Source: a virus. From it: a DNA stretch of 16,067 nucleotides. Of this stretch, positions 16,018 to 16,067 are shown in pieces. The DNA is taken from the UHGV virus genome UHGV-0180947; one strand, given 5' to 3'. The first letter of the stretch is position 1. Every line of letters begins with the position of its first letter. Position numbers and translations under genes: made by a program. A model generated the notes under the pieces. The model ran no database searches and was not told the DNA's origin. It saw only the letters and a list, made by a program, of their open reading frames with translations.

Positions 16018-16067
16018 TGAATGGGTACACATTTTTGTTTTTGGGTACACAAAAGTGTACACAAAGT

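Larger units (their letters stand above)
1..16067. mobile_element. Internal segment of a lambdoid prophage (both ends lie outside the window)
   Basis: Contiguous phage modules in canonical lambdoid order: morphogenesis, lysis, O-like initiator, cII, cro, operators, cI, recombination (recET), excisionase, integrase. No att site or flanking host gene is seen. Confidence 0.85.

Noticed and set aside
1-16067. Search for CRISPR arrays, tRNA/tmRNA genes and IS elements
   Set aside because: No evenly spaced short direct repeats, no cloverleaf-compatible tRNA-like segment and no transposase-like ORF or terminal inverted repeats were found; the only repeat arrays are the iterons and operators.

Overview
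This window is an internal segment of an integrated lambdoid prophage from an enterobacterial genome; no tRNA, rRNA or CRISPR array was found, and neither attachment site is visible. Left to right: a minus-strand late block (head-morphogenesis protein, portal, large and small terminase), a plus-strand two-gene insert, a minus-strand lysis cassette (Rz with embedded Rz1, SAR endolysin, holin), a lambda-O-like initiator truncated just after its origin iterons, cII and cro (minus), an operator region, a CI-type repressor (plus) followed by two unknown genes and a terminator, a second operator region, four short plus-strand ORFs, recE, recT, a small hypothetical, an AlpA-type excisionase, and a convergent P4-type integrase. 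The candidate for a previously undescribed system is the two-gene module co-transcribed with the repressor (8329-9185), which sits where lambda carries rexAB; the plus-strand insert at 4345-4838 and the short peptide ORFs at 9615-10210 are secondary candidates. The prophage also looks replication- and antitermination-defective, since no P, Q or N homologue is present. All similarity calls are from reading the translations against remembered lambda, phage 21 and Rac proteins; no database search was run, and GC contrasts are by eye.
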